From positions 3,461 through 67,460 of the forward strand of contig JBPOIA010000002.1 of NCBI GenBank assembly GCA_052034975.1: DNA of 64,000 nt, read 5' to 3'. Positions 18,632-28,092 of this stretch are shown in pieces (the first letter of the stretch is position 1; every line of letters begins with the position of its first letter). The notes below the pieces were generated by a model, which saw only the letters and a program-made list of their open reading frames with translations, ran no database searches and was not told the origin of the DNA. The stretch is from Candidatus Moraniibacteriota bacterium (GTDB lineage Bacteria > Patescibacteriota > Minisyncoccia > Moranbacterales > UBA1568). The translations under genes and the position numbers were made by a program.

Positions 18632-19339
18632 TTATTTCCTTTTCGGTTTGAGTGCGTTCGCAAACCGTTTATTGGCGTTTTCCGGAATCGACAAAAACAC
18701 CGGCTTAAACGACATTCGATGGATCGAGCACGGGCCGAGGCGCCGGAGAGCGTCCATATGCACCTTCGTCCCGTAGCCCTTGTGCTTGCCGAACCCGTAG
18801 CCCGGATATTGCTCTTCATAATCGTCCATCATCCGATCCCGCGTCACCTTGGCGACGATCGACGCCGCCGCGATAGACTTCACGATCCCATCGCCACCGA
18901 TCACACATTCCTGATGATAGGAACAGTTCGGAATTTTTTGATTGCCATCAATAAGGAGATGACACTGCCCCGCGGCCTCGCGCGGAAGTTTTTTCAAAAG
19001 CTGTGAAAGAGCGCTCTTCATCGCGAGAAACGTCGCCTCGAGGATATTCACCCGGTCGATCGTCTCAGCCGAGATAATGCCGATCCCGATATCGAAGTGT
19101 TCGCAAATAAACTCGAACATCTTCTCTCGCTGCTTCTCCGAAAGTTTCTTGGAATCCCGGATGAGAGAAAACTCTTTTTCCCGTTCCGCAGGAAAAACGA
19201 AATCCGCATTCTTATACCGTACCGCGCATGCGACGACCGGACCAGCCAGCGGCCCCCGGCCGACCTCATCAATTCCAATCACATACTGGTATCCAGCAAT
19301 CGCTTGTTTAAGCTCTTTTTCAAAAGTTGTTCTTTGCAT
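18632..19339 (-). CDS. rnhB: Ribonuclease HII with a short basic C-terminal extension
   Basis: YVIGIDEVGRGPLAGPVVACAV; conserved D-E-D catalytic residues. Confidence 0.95.
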   Translation of the reverse strand: MQRTTFEKELKQAIAGYQYVIGIDEVGRGPLAGPVVACAVRYKNADFVFPAEREKEFSLIRDSKKLSEKQREKMFEFICEHFDIGIGIISAETIDRVNILEATFLAMKSALSQLLKKLPREAAGQCHLLIDGNQKIPNCSYHQECVIGGDGIVKSIAAASIVAKVTRDRMMDDYEEQYPGYGFGKHKGYGTKVHMDALRRLGPCSIHRMSFKPVFLSIPENANKRFANALKPKRK

Positions 19340-19368
19340 AGCTTCAGTATACCATCACACCAAAAAAT

Positions 19369-19404
19369 TGACTTTTCCGCTTTATCTGACATAATGCTAT
19401 ATTC
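19369..19404 (+). promoter_or_regulatory. Putative sigma70 promoter for the 19447 gene
   Basis: TTGACT, 17 nt, ATAATG; followed by a strong SD AAAGGAGG 7 nt before the ATG. Confidence 0.4.
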
Positions 19405-19446
19405 TTTAACAATTCACCGAACAACCAGCCAAAAAGGAGGTTTATT

Positions 19447-20166
19447 ATGTCCATCCGTAACGACCTAATCAACTCGTGGTTCCTGCCGGAATCGTTCTGG
19501 AAAACCCCTCGCGCCTACGCGAGCGAAGCCGATTTCATCTGTCCGCAGGCCTTCGGCCGTAACACCTATTCCGACAAAGAGGTCGGAGTAGTTGTCAACT
19601 CAATCGTCGACGCCAATGATAACGTGATCACGAGATTCATGCGACTCAAGGCGCAAGGATTCGACCCTGGCCATCCGAACAATATCCTCGCGCAACGCTG
19701 TTTCGACCTCGGGAGAACCGTCACCCCAAAGTACACCGACAGATCCTCCGACATCGATCACTGGGAAGTTAACTACCGCTACGTCATCGGTCAATGGGAA
19801 GTGCTCTACGCTATGTGGCTCATCGAACCGAACTGGTATGCGGAGCATCAAGAAATCCTTTCCCCGATTTGGCCGCCGATTGTCGGCTATCTCGCTACTC
19901 ACAATATGCTCCGGATCGCCAAGGACATCGCTGACGGGCGCGGCCTCAACAAACCACTCCTCATCGCCCATCCCGAACACATCCAACGCTGTTTCTTCAT
20001 CGCTCGGAAAATCTTCGGAAGACCGGTCGCGATAGACGTGGCTCACACCTCGGACAGCGAGTGGTTCGATAAGGCCTCGATTCAAAAATGGACCAGGAGT
20101 CCAAGCTACTGGCTCCCCTACGAAATGCTCGCCCGGATCCACCACCGGTTTCACGGCTGGATGTAA
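19447..20166 (+). CDS. Hypothetical protein (239 aa), monocistronic
   Basis: Strong SD, own promoter and own terminator; Trp/His-rich; no recognised domain. Confidence 0.6.
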   Translation: MSIRNDLINSWFLPESFWKTPRAYASEADFICPQAFGRNTYSDKEVGVVVNSIVDANDNVITRFMRLKAQGFDPGHPNNILAQRCFDLGRTVTPKYTDRSSDIDHWEVNYRYVIGQWEVLYAMWLIEPNWYAEHQEILSPIWPPIVGYLATHNMLRIAKDIADGRGLNKPLLIAHPEHIQRCFFIARKIFGRPVAIDVAHTSDSEWFDKASIQKWTRSPSYWLPYEMLARIHHRFHGWM

Positions 20167-20179
20167 GATCCACCTCATT

Positions 20180-20215
20180 CCCCGCTTGCGTGCTACGCCA
20201 GCGGGTCTTTTTTTA
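20180..20215 (+). terminator. Rho-independent terminator
   Basis: CCCGCTTGCG-TGCTA-CGCCAGCGGG followed by TCTTTTTTTATC. Confidence 0.6.
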
Positions 20216-20494
20216 TCTTCTACTTCGTTCTTTTTTTTATTTTTTCCGCCCTCATTTTTCCACCACGCGCACTATTCTCTGCGGTCGGAAATTATATAAT
20301 GCGCATAAAAAACAATAAAAAACACCTAAAACTTGTTCAAAATCGTGCTGCCGAGTATACTGAACGTGTACTAATTTTCCCTGCAAAACCCAAGGATTGA
20401 TTCCGGGCTATGAGGGAACTTAAATCTATGACCACGTTTTCATTTTTTCAAACATCCCGCCTTTCATTCTGATTGGCGTTTTTTATTTTGAAAA

Positions 20495-20528
20495 AATGTT
20501 GAATGGAGAATTTTCAAAATTCAACATT
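20495..20528 (+). promoter_or_regulatory. Nested inverted repeats 24 nt upstream of dnaE (candidate operator)
   Basis: AATGTTGAA-N16-TTCAACATT, with an inner GAATTTT-C-AAAATTC palindrome. Confidence 0.3.
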
Positions 20529-20551
20529 CGACATTCTCTGTTCAACACTCT

Positions 20552-23500
20552 ATGTTCACTCATCTTCACGTTCACTCACACTACTCTCTTCTCACTGCTC
20601 TTGGTAAGCCGGAGGAGCTCTTGAAACGCGCGCAGGAATTCGGAATGACTTCTCTCGCGCTCACCGACACTTCGGCGATGTACGGCGCGGTCGAGTTTTA
20701 CAACAAAGCCAAAGAGTACGGCATCAAACCGATCATCGGCGCAGAAATTTTCGTCTGCAAAGACCTCCACAGCAAGAACAACACCGCCGAAGACCGCCGA
20801 CGCCATCAGCTCGTCCTCCTCGCCAAAAACGAAACGGGGTACAAGAACCTGATGAAAATCATCTCCGTCGCCCAGCTCGAAGGTTTCTATTACAAGGCGC
20901 GCGCCGACAAAAAGCTCCTTCGACAATACCAAGAGGGCCTCATCGCGCTTTCCGGATCGATGCAAGGCGAGGTGCCATCGGAAATCATCTACGGCAACCC
21001 CGAACGCGCCAAGCAGGTCGCCCTCGAATACGAGGACATTTTCGGCAAGAATAATTTCTTTCTTGAGCTGGGACCTCATATCGACAACGAAAACCAAATT
21101 GCCGGAAACCAGGGGCTCATTCAGATCAGCCGCGAAACAGGTATCCCCCTCGTCGCCGCCGTCGACGTGCACTATGTAAACAAAACCGACGCTTCCGTAC
21201 AGGACGTCCTTCTTTGCATCCGCGACAACAAGAAAGTAACCGACACGGAACGCTTCACGATGAAAAATCTCGATCTCTCGCTCCGCTCGCCGGAAGAGAT
21301 GGAAACAATCTTCAAAGACGTTCCCGAAGCGATCGAGAACACGCAGAAAATAGTAGACGCCTGTAATCTCAAAATTCAAATGGGCGAGAATCACCTGCCC
21401 GTTTTTCCGCTGCCGGAAAGCACTACCGCTGACGGGTATCTCCGCACGCTCTGCGAAGAGGGTTTTGCCAAACGCTTCCCCGGACAGGAGATTACCGAAG
21501 AACAGAAAATGCGTCTTGATTACGAACTCTCCGTTATCGAAAAGACGGGTTTCGCCTCGTACTTCTTGATCGTGCAGGATTTCGTCAACTGGGCCAAACA
21601 AAACGGCGTCATCGTGGGCCCGGGACGCGGATCGGCCGCCGGATCGTTCGTTGCCTATCTCACCGGCATCACCGATCTCGACCCGATCAAGTACGATCTC
21701 CTTTTCGAACGCTTCCTCAATCCCGAACGCATCTCGATGCCCGACGTCGATATGGATTTCGCCGACGACCGACGCGAAGCGGTACTCGACTACGTACGGC
21801 AGAAATACGGCGGAGACCACGTGGCACAGATCATCACGTTCGGAACGATGGCTGCTCGCGCCGCCATCCGCGACGTCGGACGTGCGCTTGGCATCCCTCT
21901 TTCCCTCTGCGACCAAACCGCCAAAATGATCCCGATGTTCACTTCGATCAAAAAGGCGCTCGAAGAAGTACCGGAATTCAAACAGCACTACGAAAAAAAT
22001 CCCGATGCCAAACGTCTGATCGACGCCGCTCAAAATATCGAGGGCTTGGCGCGCCACGCCTCAATGCACGCTTGCGGCGTCGTCATCACCAAGGATCCGG
22101 TCACCGAATACACCCCGCTCCAACGCGTGTCCGGCTCCCGTGAAGGCGTCGTCACTCAATACGCTGCCTCGACCAAAGCCAATGCCGTAGAAAAAATCGG
22201 CCTTCTCAAAATGGACTTCTTAGGACTCAAAAACCTCACTATCATCCAAAATACCCTGCGTATCGTCCGCGCGCTCAAGAAACTCGACCCACTCGCGGAA
22301 AAGCTCGGTCTCGACACCGAAAACGCCACCGTCGCCGATCTTTTGGGTCGCCTACCACTCGATGATGAGGCCGCTTACAAACTCCTTCAAGAAGCCCATA
22401 CTACCGGTGTCTTTCAATTGGAATCGACGGGAATGAAGCGTTATCTCAAACAGCTCAAACCCACCGTTTTCGAAGATATCATCGCGATGGTCGCTCTCTA
22501 TCGCCCGGGACCGATGGAATACATCCCGGACTTTATCGCCGGTAAACATGGCACGAAACAGATCAAATACCTCCATCCGAAACTTGAACCGATTCTCAAG
22601 AACACCTACGGTGTCGCCGTGTATCAGGAACAGCTGATGCAGATCGCGCGTGATTTGGCTGGATTTTCTTTAGGTGAAGCAGACGTGCTCCGCAAAGCGG
22701 TCGGCAAGAAGATCAAAGAACTCGTCGCCGAACAGCGTGAGAAATTCATCGATGGCTGCGTACAGACGGGTGTCGGCAAAGCCATCGGCGAAAAAATCTT
22801 CGCTTTCATCGAGCCCTTCGCCGGCTATGGCTTCAATCGTTCTCACGCCGCCTGTTACGCGCTCATTGGTTATCAGACCGCCTACCTGAAAGCGCACTAT
22901 CCGGCGGAATTTATGGCCGCTCTCCTCACAAGCGACCAGCACGATACCGATCGCGTTGCCATCGAAGTCCGCGAGGCACGCGAAATCGGTCTCGAAGTCC
23001 TCCCGCCATCCATCAACGAAAGCTTCGAGGATTTCGCCGTCATCAGAGGCGACGATGGCAAGGAACGTATCCGTTTCGGATTGAACGCCATCAAGAACGT
23101 CGGCTCCGTCTGCACCGAAGAAATCGTCCGTGTGCGTAAACAAAACGGTCCATTCAAAAACCTCGAAGACTTCATCGCGCGCGTACAGACGAAAGACCTC
23201 AACAAACGCTCACTCGAATCGCTCGCCAAAGTCGGCGCGCTCGAAGACTTCGGCGAACGCAACCAGCTTCTCGAAAGCATCGATGATATCCTCCGTCACG
23301 CCAAAAACATCAAGGCTATCGCGGAAACACATCAGAACAGTCTTTTCGGCGGTATGGCGATGCCAGAAAGCCGCATCAGGCTCTCCCCGGCTGTTCCTGC
23401 CGACAAAAAGACCCGTCTCAATTGGGAAAAAGAGCTCATCGGTCTGTACATAAGCGACCATCCGGTATCGGAATTCAAAGCGTATCTCGCGAAAACCGCC

Positions 23501-24088
23501 ACCGCTATCCGAGATATCGAAAAGCAGCCGGAAGAAAGTCGCGTGCGCATCGGCGGCGTCATCACGAATGTTCGTAAGACTCTTTCCAAATCCGGCAACA
23601 CGATGTTCTTCATTTCGCTCGAAGACACGACCGGACGCATCGAACTGCCGGTTTTTGGAAAAACCGCCGAACGCACCGCCGAGATGTGGATCGTTGATGA
23701 GATCGTCACCGTCACCGCTAGAGTTTCACGGCGGGACGGCGAACTCCGATTCGCTGCCGAAGGAGTCGAGCGACTTTCGAGGAATACCGTCGAACAATTC
23801 GCCCGTATCGAAGCGACCCGTGCATCCCATACCCGCACTGCTCCGCAAACCGTGGAGGGTAAGCCGACAATCGATACCTCTCAACATCTCGTCATCAGCA
23901 TCAAAAACGATGCTCCACCGAAGATCATCGAGCATCTCTCTCATCTCCTAAAAACCGTTCCGACTGGCCCGCGAAAAGTTTCCGTGAAAATCCGAGGAAT
24001 GTTCATCGAAACAACCTTCTCCATCTCGCCCACTACGGAACATTTCGACCAAATCAGAAATCTCGAAGGAGTAGAAGCAGTTGTATGA
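20552..24088 (+). CDS. dnaE: DNA polymerase III alpha subunit
   Basis: PHP domain MFTHLHVHSHYSLL...; 1178 aa; polymerase core and OB fold. Confidence 0.97.
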   Translation: MFTHLHVHSHYSLLTALGKPEELLKRAQEFGMTSLALTDTSAMYGAVEFYNKAKEYGIKPIIGAEIFVCKDLHSKNNTAEDRRRHQLVLLAKNETGYKNLMKIISVAQLEGFYYKARADKKLLRQYQEGLIALSGSMQGEVPSEIIYGNPERAKQVALEYEDIFGKNNFFLELGPHIDNENQIAGNQGLIQISRETGIPLVAAVDVHYVNKTDASVQDVLLCIRDNKKVTDTERFTMKNLDLSLRSPEEMETIFKDVPEAIENTQKIVDACNLKIQMGENHLPVFPLPESTTADGYLRTLCEEGFAKRFPGQEITEEQKMRLDYELSVIEKTGFASYFLIVQDFVNWAKQNGVIVGPGRGSAAGSFVAYLTGITDLDPIKYDLLFERFLNPERISMPDVDMDFADDRREAVLDYVRQKYGGDHVAQIITFGTMAARAAIRDVGRALGIPLSLCDQTAKMIPMFTSIKKALEEVPEFKQHYEKNPDAKRLIDAAQNIEGLARHASMHACGVVITKDPVTEYTPLQRVSGSREGVVTQYAASTKANAVEKIGLLKMDFLGLKNLTIIQNTLRIVRALKKLDPLAEKLGLDTENATVADLLGRLPLDDEAAYKLLQEAHTTGVFQLESTGMKRYLKQLKPTVFEDIIAMVALYRPGPMEYIPDFIAGKHGTKQIKYLHPKLEPILKNTYGVAVYQEQLMQIARDLAGFSLGEADVLRKAVGKKIKELVAEQREKFIDGCVQTGVGKAIGEKIFAFIEPFAGYGFNRSHAACYALIGYQTAYLKAHYPAEFMAALLTSDQHDTDRVAIEVREAREIGLEVLPPSINESFEDFAVIRGDDGKERIRFGLNAIKNVGSVCTEEIVRVRKQNGPFKNLEDFIARVQTKDLNKRSLESLAKVGALEDFGERNQLLESIDDILRHAKNIKAIAETHQNSLFGGMAMPESRIRLSPAVPADKKTRLNWEKELIGLYISDHPVSEFKAYLAKTATAIRDIEKQPEESRVRIGGVITNVRKTLSKSGNTMFFISLEDTTGRIELPVFGKTAERTAEMWIVDEIVTVTARVSRRDGELRFAAEGVERLSRNTVEQFARIEATRASHTRTAPQTVEGKPTIDTSQHLVISIKNDAPPKIIEHLSHLLKTVPTGPRKVSVKIRGMFIETTFSISPTTEHFDQIRNLEGVEAVV

Positions 24089-24990
24089 GCAATTCCCCAA
24101 AAAAAATCATCGCTCTCGTCGGCCCGACGGCATCGGGAAAATCCGACCTGGCCATCGCACTCGCACAGAAATATGGCGGCGAAATCATCTCTGCTGACAG
24201 TCGACAAGTCTATCGCGGAATGGATATCGGTACGGGAAAAGTAACAAAAAACGAACAAAGACTCATACGCCATTGGCTTCTTGATGTCGCCAGTCCGAAG
24301 AGAAGCTACAACGTCACCCATTTTACCCGTGATGCCAAAAAAGCGATTGCTGACATACGAAAAAGAGGAAAGCTCCCGATTATTTGCGGCGGTACGGGAT
24401 TCTGGGTCGAGACCCTGCTTTTTGATAAACATTTTCCCGAAGTAAAGCCCCATTCCGCTCTTCGCAAAAAACTCGAAAAACTCTCAACGGAAAAACTTTT
24501 CTTGACGCTCAAACAGAAAGATCCGGCGCGTGCCGCAACCATTGACCCCCACAACAAAGTGCGTCTCATACGGGCTCTCGAAATAATTGAAACTCTCGGG
24601 AAAGTTCCCTCGCTTACCAACAATCAGCGATCAACAATCAACAAAGAATATCTCACCATCGCACTTGTACCACCACAAGAAACACTGCACAAAAATATCA
24701 CCGTCCGTCTAGAAAAAAGATTCGCGCAGGGAATGATCGAGGAAGTCGAAGCGCTTCGAAAAAACGGTGTGAGTTTTAAACGTCTGGAAAGTTTCGGGCT
24801 GGAATACAAATATATCGCGCTTTTTTTACAGAAAAAGCTGTCTCTCGAAGAAATGAAAGAACAGCTGGAAACAGAGATCCGTCACTATGCCAAGCGCCAA
24901 TTGACGTTCCTCCGCCGCCTGGAACGCTCCGGTCTTGCAATCCACTGGATCTCCGACCGAAAAGAAACAGAAGGAATCTTTTCCCTGTAA
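24085..24990 (+). CDS. miaA: tRNA dimethylallyltransferase
   Basis: IIALVGPTASGKSDLAIALAQKYGGEIISADSRQVYRGMDIGTGK; 4-nt overlap with dnaE. Confidence 0.95.
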   Translation: MSNSPKKIIALVGPTASGKSDLAIALAQKYGGEIISADSRQVYRGMDIGTGKVTKNEQRLIRHWLLDVASPKRSYNVTHFTRDAKKAIADIRKRGKLPIICGGTGFWVETLLFDKHFPEVKPHSALRKKLEKLSTEKLFLTLKQKDPARAATIDPHNKVRLIRALEIIETLGKVPSLTNNQRSTINKEYLTIALVPPQETLHKNITVRLEKRFAQGMIEEVEALRKNGVSFKRLESFGLEYKYIALFLQKKLSLEEMKEQLETEIRHYAKRQLTFLRRLERSGLAIHWISDRKETEGIFSL

Positions 24991-25019
24991 TCGCAATTGC
25001 GAAAAAATTTTCAGTGCTC

Positions 25020-26492
25020 CTACGAGGAGAGTTTCTTTGTGAGAATCTCCATTACCAATGGAGGATTCGCCTTGCCTTTGGTCTCTTTCATCACCTGCCC
25101 CATCAGATATTGGAGCGCGTTTTGTTTACCGGATTTGAAGTCAGCAACGGATTTCTCATTCGCAGTAAGCACGGCATCAACCGCAGCTTCCAGCGCGCCC
25201 GTATCGTTCATCTGCCCCAAGTTGAGCTGCTCCACGATGTGCGACGGATCGTTGTCACCACCCTGGTACATCTCGGCCAAAACCTTCTGCGCCGCACTCG
25301 AATTGATCTTTCCGTCCGCCACCAGATTGATAAGTTCGGCAAAATTTTCCGGCGTAATGAATACATCATCAATTGACTGGACATTCTCGGAAAGATGCTT
25401 CCGTACTTCGGTCAACATATAATTCGCCGCGAGCTTGACCGCGCGTTCGAACGGCGCCGTCAGCTCCTTCGCATCCGCTTTCGCCGCCAGTTCGCTTGCG
25501 ACATTCTCGAAATATTCGGCGAATTCCCGTTCCGTCGTCAATACGGACGCATCCGCTTCCGGCAGGTCATACTGTTCAGCAAAACGTTTTGTCTTCGTAT
25601 CCGGAAGCTCCGGAAGCGAGAGACGAAGCGCCGCAATATCCTCTTCGGTGAACGTGAACGGCGGGATGTCTGGCTCAGGAAAATAGCGATAATCGTGTGC
25701 GGATTCCTTCTTGCGCTGCGAGACCGTTGCACCGCGCGCCTCGTCCCAACCTCTCGTTTCCTGCATAATCTTCTTGCCAGCTTCCAATTCTTCCGTCTGG
25801 CGACCGATCTCATACTCGATGGCGCGTTCCACCGTCTTGAATGAATTGAGATTCTTGATCTCGACTTTCGTACCAGAAAGCCGATCCGCCCCTTTTGGAT
25901 AAAGCGAGATATTCACTTCGCAACGCATCTGTCCCTTCTCCATATCCGCATCCGATACGTTAAGATAACGGAGAATTTGGCGAAGTCTCTGACAAAACAT
26001 TCGGGCATCCTTTCCAGTCTCAAAATCCGGTTCGGTGACCAGTTCCATCAACGGCACGCCGGCACGATTAAAATCGACGAGCGTATAGTCCGCCCCTTTT
26101 GGATGCATCGATTTTCCCGTATCTTCTTCGAGGTGAATGCGCGTGATATGAAACGTTTTCTTTTCGATATCGATGCTTCCCCGTTCGCAAAATGGCTCAT
26201 CGTACTGGGAAATCTGATATCCTTTCGGAATATCAGGATAAAAATAATTCTTGCGATCGAATTTCGAACGCAACCGAAGCGTGCATCCAAGCGCCAGTCC
26301 GACCCGCTGCACGGCCTCGATCGCCTTCTTGTTCGGTACCGGAAGCGTACCGGGCTGTCCCGTGCATACGGGGCAGATATGCACGTTCGGCTCGGTTTCC
26401 AGTCCAAGGCCGTTCTTGCACGCACAAAACATCTTGGATTCCATTTTGAGCTCGGAATGTATTTCCATTCCGATCGTAACGCCGTATTTCAT
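25020..26492 (-). CDS. gatB: Asp/Glu-tRNA amidotransferase subunit B
   Basis: MKYGVTIGMEIHSEL...FCACKNGLG...VCTGQPGTLPV...; C-terminal YqeY/GatB domain. Confidence 0.95.
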   Translation of the reverse strand: MKYGVTIGMEIHSELKMESKMFCACKNGLGLETEPNVHICPVCTGQPGTLPVPNKKAIEAVQRVGLALGCTLRLRSKFDRKNYFYPDIPKGYQISQYDEPFCERGSIDIEKKTFHITRIHLEEDTGKSMHPKGADYTLVDFNRAGVPLMELVTEPDFETGKDARMFCQRLRQILRYLNVSDADMEKGQMRCEVNISLYPKGADRLSGTKVEIKNLNSFKTVERAIEYEIGRQTEELEAGKKIMQETRGWDEARGATVSQRKKESAHDYRYFPEPDIPPFTFTEEDIAALRLSLPELPDTKTKRFAEQYDLPEADASVLTTEREFAEYFENVASELAAKADAKELTAPFERAVKLAANYMLTEVRKHLSENVQSIDDVFITPENFAELINLVADGKINSSAAQKVLAEMYQGGDNDPSHIVEQLNLGQMNDTGALEAAVDAVLTANEKSVADFKSGKQNALQYLMGQVMKETKGKANPPLVMEILTKKLSS

Positions 26493-26507
26493 AAACGTTC
26501 AGATATA

Positions 26508-26933
26508 TCAATGCGCTCCCGTACTGCCAAATCCCCCTTCGCCACGTATCGTAACATCGAGTTCGGAAACTTCGCAAACGTCCGGCAATTCCACTTTTTG
26601 AATAAGCAATTGGGCTATTTTCATTCCTTGTTCGATACGAAATTCCTCACGAGAAGTATTCAACAGGATCACCTGGATTTCTCCGCGATACGACGCGTCA
26701 ATCACGCCACCCATCGTTTTCAGACCAGCCTTGGCAGCAAGTCCCGACTTATCCCAAATGAGTCCGGCGTATCCGTTCGGAATCGAAAGCGCGATGCCGG
26801 TCCGTACCGTACGGCGCTCACCGGACGCGAGCATACAACCCTCGATGGAATACAGATCCAATCCGGCATCGTCTATATGCGCCCGCATCGGCAGTTTGGC
26901 TTCTGAGTGCAGTTTTCTTGCTTCAATCTTCAT
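26508..26933 (-). CDS. dut: dUTP diphosphatase
   Basis: AGLDL, GLIWDKSGLA, GVIDASYRGE motifs; start at the internal ATG (26933), which overlaps the tmk stop (ATGA). Confidence 0.9.
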   Translation of the reverse strand: MKIEARKLHSEAKLPMRAHIDDAGLDLYSIEGCMLASGERRTVRTGIALSIPNGYAGLIWDKSGLAAKAGLKTMGGVIDASYRGEIQVILLNTSREEFRIEQGMKIAQLLIQKVELPDVCEVSELDVTIRGEGGFGSTGAH

Positions 26934-27532
26934 AGAATGTCTTTGACGATATTTTGGATATCGGTTGCCACGGCTTCGATACTTTGGTTGGCATTCACTT
27001 GTTTCCATCCGTACCGCGCACCAAGCAACAAATGGAAATTCCGGCAGATCCGGATACGTTCATCGTTCGTCTCGTTACGATGCCCGGCCTCGATCGCTGT
27101 GTCGAAACGCTGTCCGTCCATAAGAATATTCAGATCCGCCGGAAAGAGATCCTTATTGATATCCTCAAGATACGAAAGATCCGCTCCCCACGAGAGTCCC
27201 CACGCGATACCGGTACCGGTATAATCCTCCGCCACGATCCATTCCCCTGCTTTCAAACGCTTCAAAAGCTCCGGCTCATACCGTTTCCGATTGTCGGCGT
27301 ATTTTCGTTGCAAGTCTTCCGTCAAGAGCTCGTTTTTCACACGAAATTCCGCATCGCGCAGGTATTTATAGATGAACGGTCCCTCCGGTTCAAGATCATA
27401 TACCGGATATTTCAGCCGGCTCGCCGATACGCCCTGCGAACGAAGATGTTCCACCAAAAGCTCCGTTTGCGTCGTTTTGCCGATGCCATTGATACCGTAG
27501 AGTGTGATCATTTTTCCTCGCATATCCGTCAT
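26930..27532 (-). CDS. tmk: Thymidylate kinase-like P-loop kinase
   Basis: ITLYGINGIGKTTQ P-loop (G.DG.GKTTQ pattern), about 200 aa; located between dut and folA. Confidence 0.7.
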   Translation of the reverse strand: MTDMRGKMITLYGINGIGKTTQTELLVEHLRSQGVSASRLKYPVYDLEPEGPFIYKYLRDAEFRVKNELLTEDLQRKYADNRKRYEPELLKRLKAGEWIVAEDYTGTGIAWGLSWGADLSYLEDINKDLFPADLNILMDGQRFDTAIEAGHRNETNDERIRICRNFHLLLGARYGWKQVNANQSIEAVATDIQNIVKDIL

Positions 27533-28092
27533 TGCCGTTCACGTGTTTCCGTCAGGATCTTGTCGATCTGGGCGTAAAGATCTTCAAGTGCGCCGTCGTT
27601 ATTGACGATGTATTTCGCTTCCACGCGAAGTGGAGGAATGGTCATTTCCGTCTCAAGCAGATGATCTTTCTTGAAATCATCGAATGTTTTCATTTGGTCG
27701 TCGGTATTCTGCGTCCGCTTCGTCAGACGCTCATAGCGGCGTGCCATATCCGCTTCGATATAAAGCAGCGTGAATTCCGGCATCGCCCGCACGAGGTCGA
27801 TATCGGACAAACGACGGATGCCGTCGATCACCACAAGCGTATTCTGATCATTCTTCGCATCATTTTCTATGACGTGTGCCAGGATATCTTCGCCGAACGC
27901 CTGACGGAGAAAATGCGAGAGATCCGAAAGATTCTTGCGCGTCTGCGGCAAATGCAGCCGATCCAGGATATCCCGAAGCGAATCTGAAAATTGGAACTGC
28001 TTGGCGCCGTATTTCTTGACCAGATACTTCGTCACTGTATCCTTGCCCGATGCCATCTCGCCCGTGATGCCGAGAATGATTTTCCTATTCAT
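27529..28092 (-). CDS. Uncharacterised P-loop nucleotide kinase (dNMP kinase or dephospho-CoA kinase-like)
   Basis: LGITGEMASGKDTV Walker A; 187 aa; 4-nt overlaps with folA on one side and tmk on the other. Confidence 0.6.
   Translation of the reverse strand: MNRKIILGITGEMASGKDTVTKYLVKKYGAKQFQFSDSLRDILDRLHLPQTRKNLSDLSHFLRQAFGEDILAHVIENDAKNDQNTLVVIDGIRRLSDIDLVRAMPEFTLLYIEADMARRYERLTKRTQNTDDQMKTFDDFKKDHLLETEMTIPPLRVEAKYIVNNDGALEDLYAQIDKILTETRERQ

Noticed and set aside
20576-22057. 493-aa minus-strand ORF
   Set aside because: Entirely antisense to dnaE; Asp/Glu/Arg-rich translation typical of a GC-rich reverse frame.
25977-26906. 309-aa plus-strand ORF
   Set aside because: Antisense to gatB and dut.
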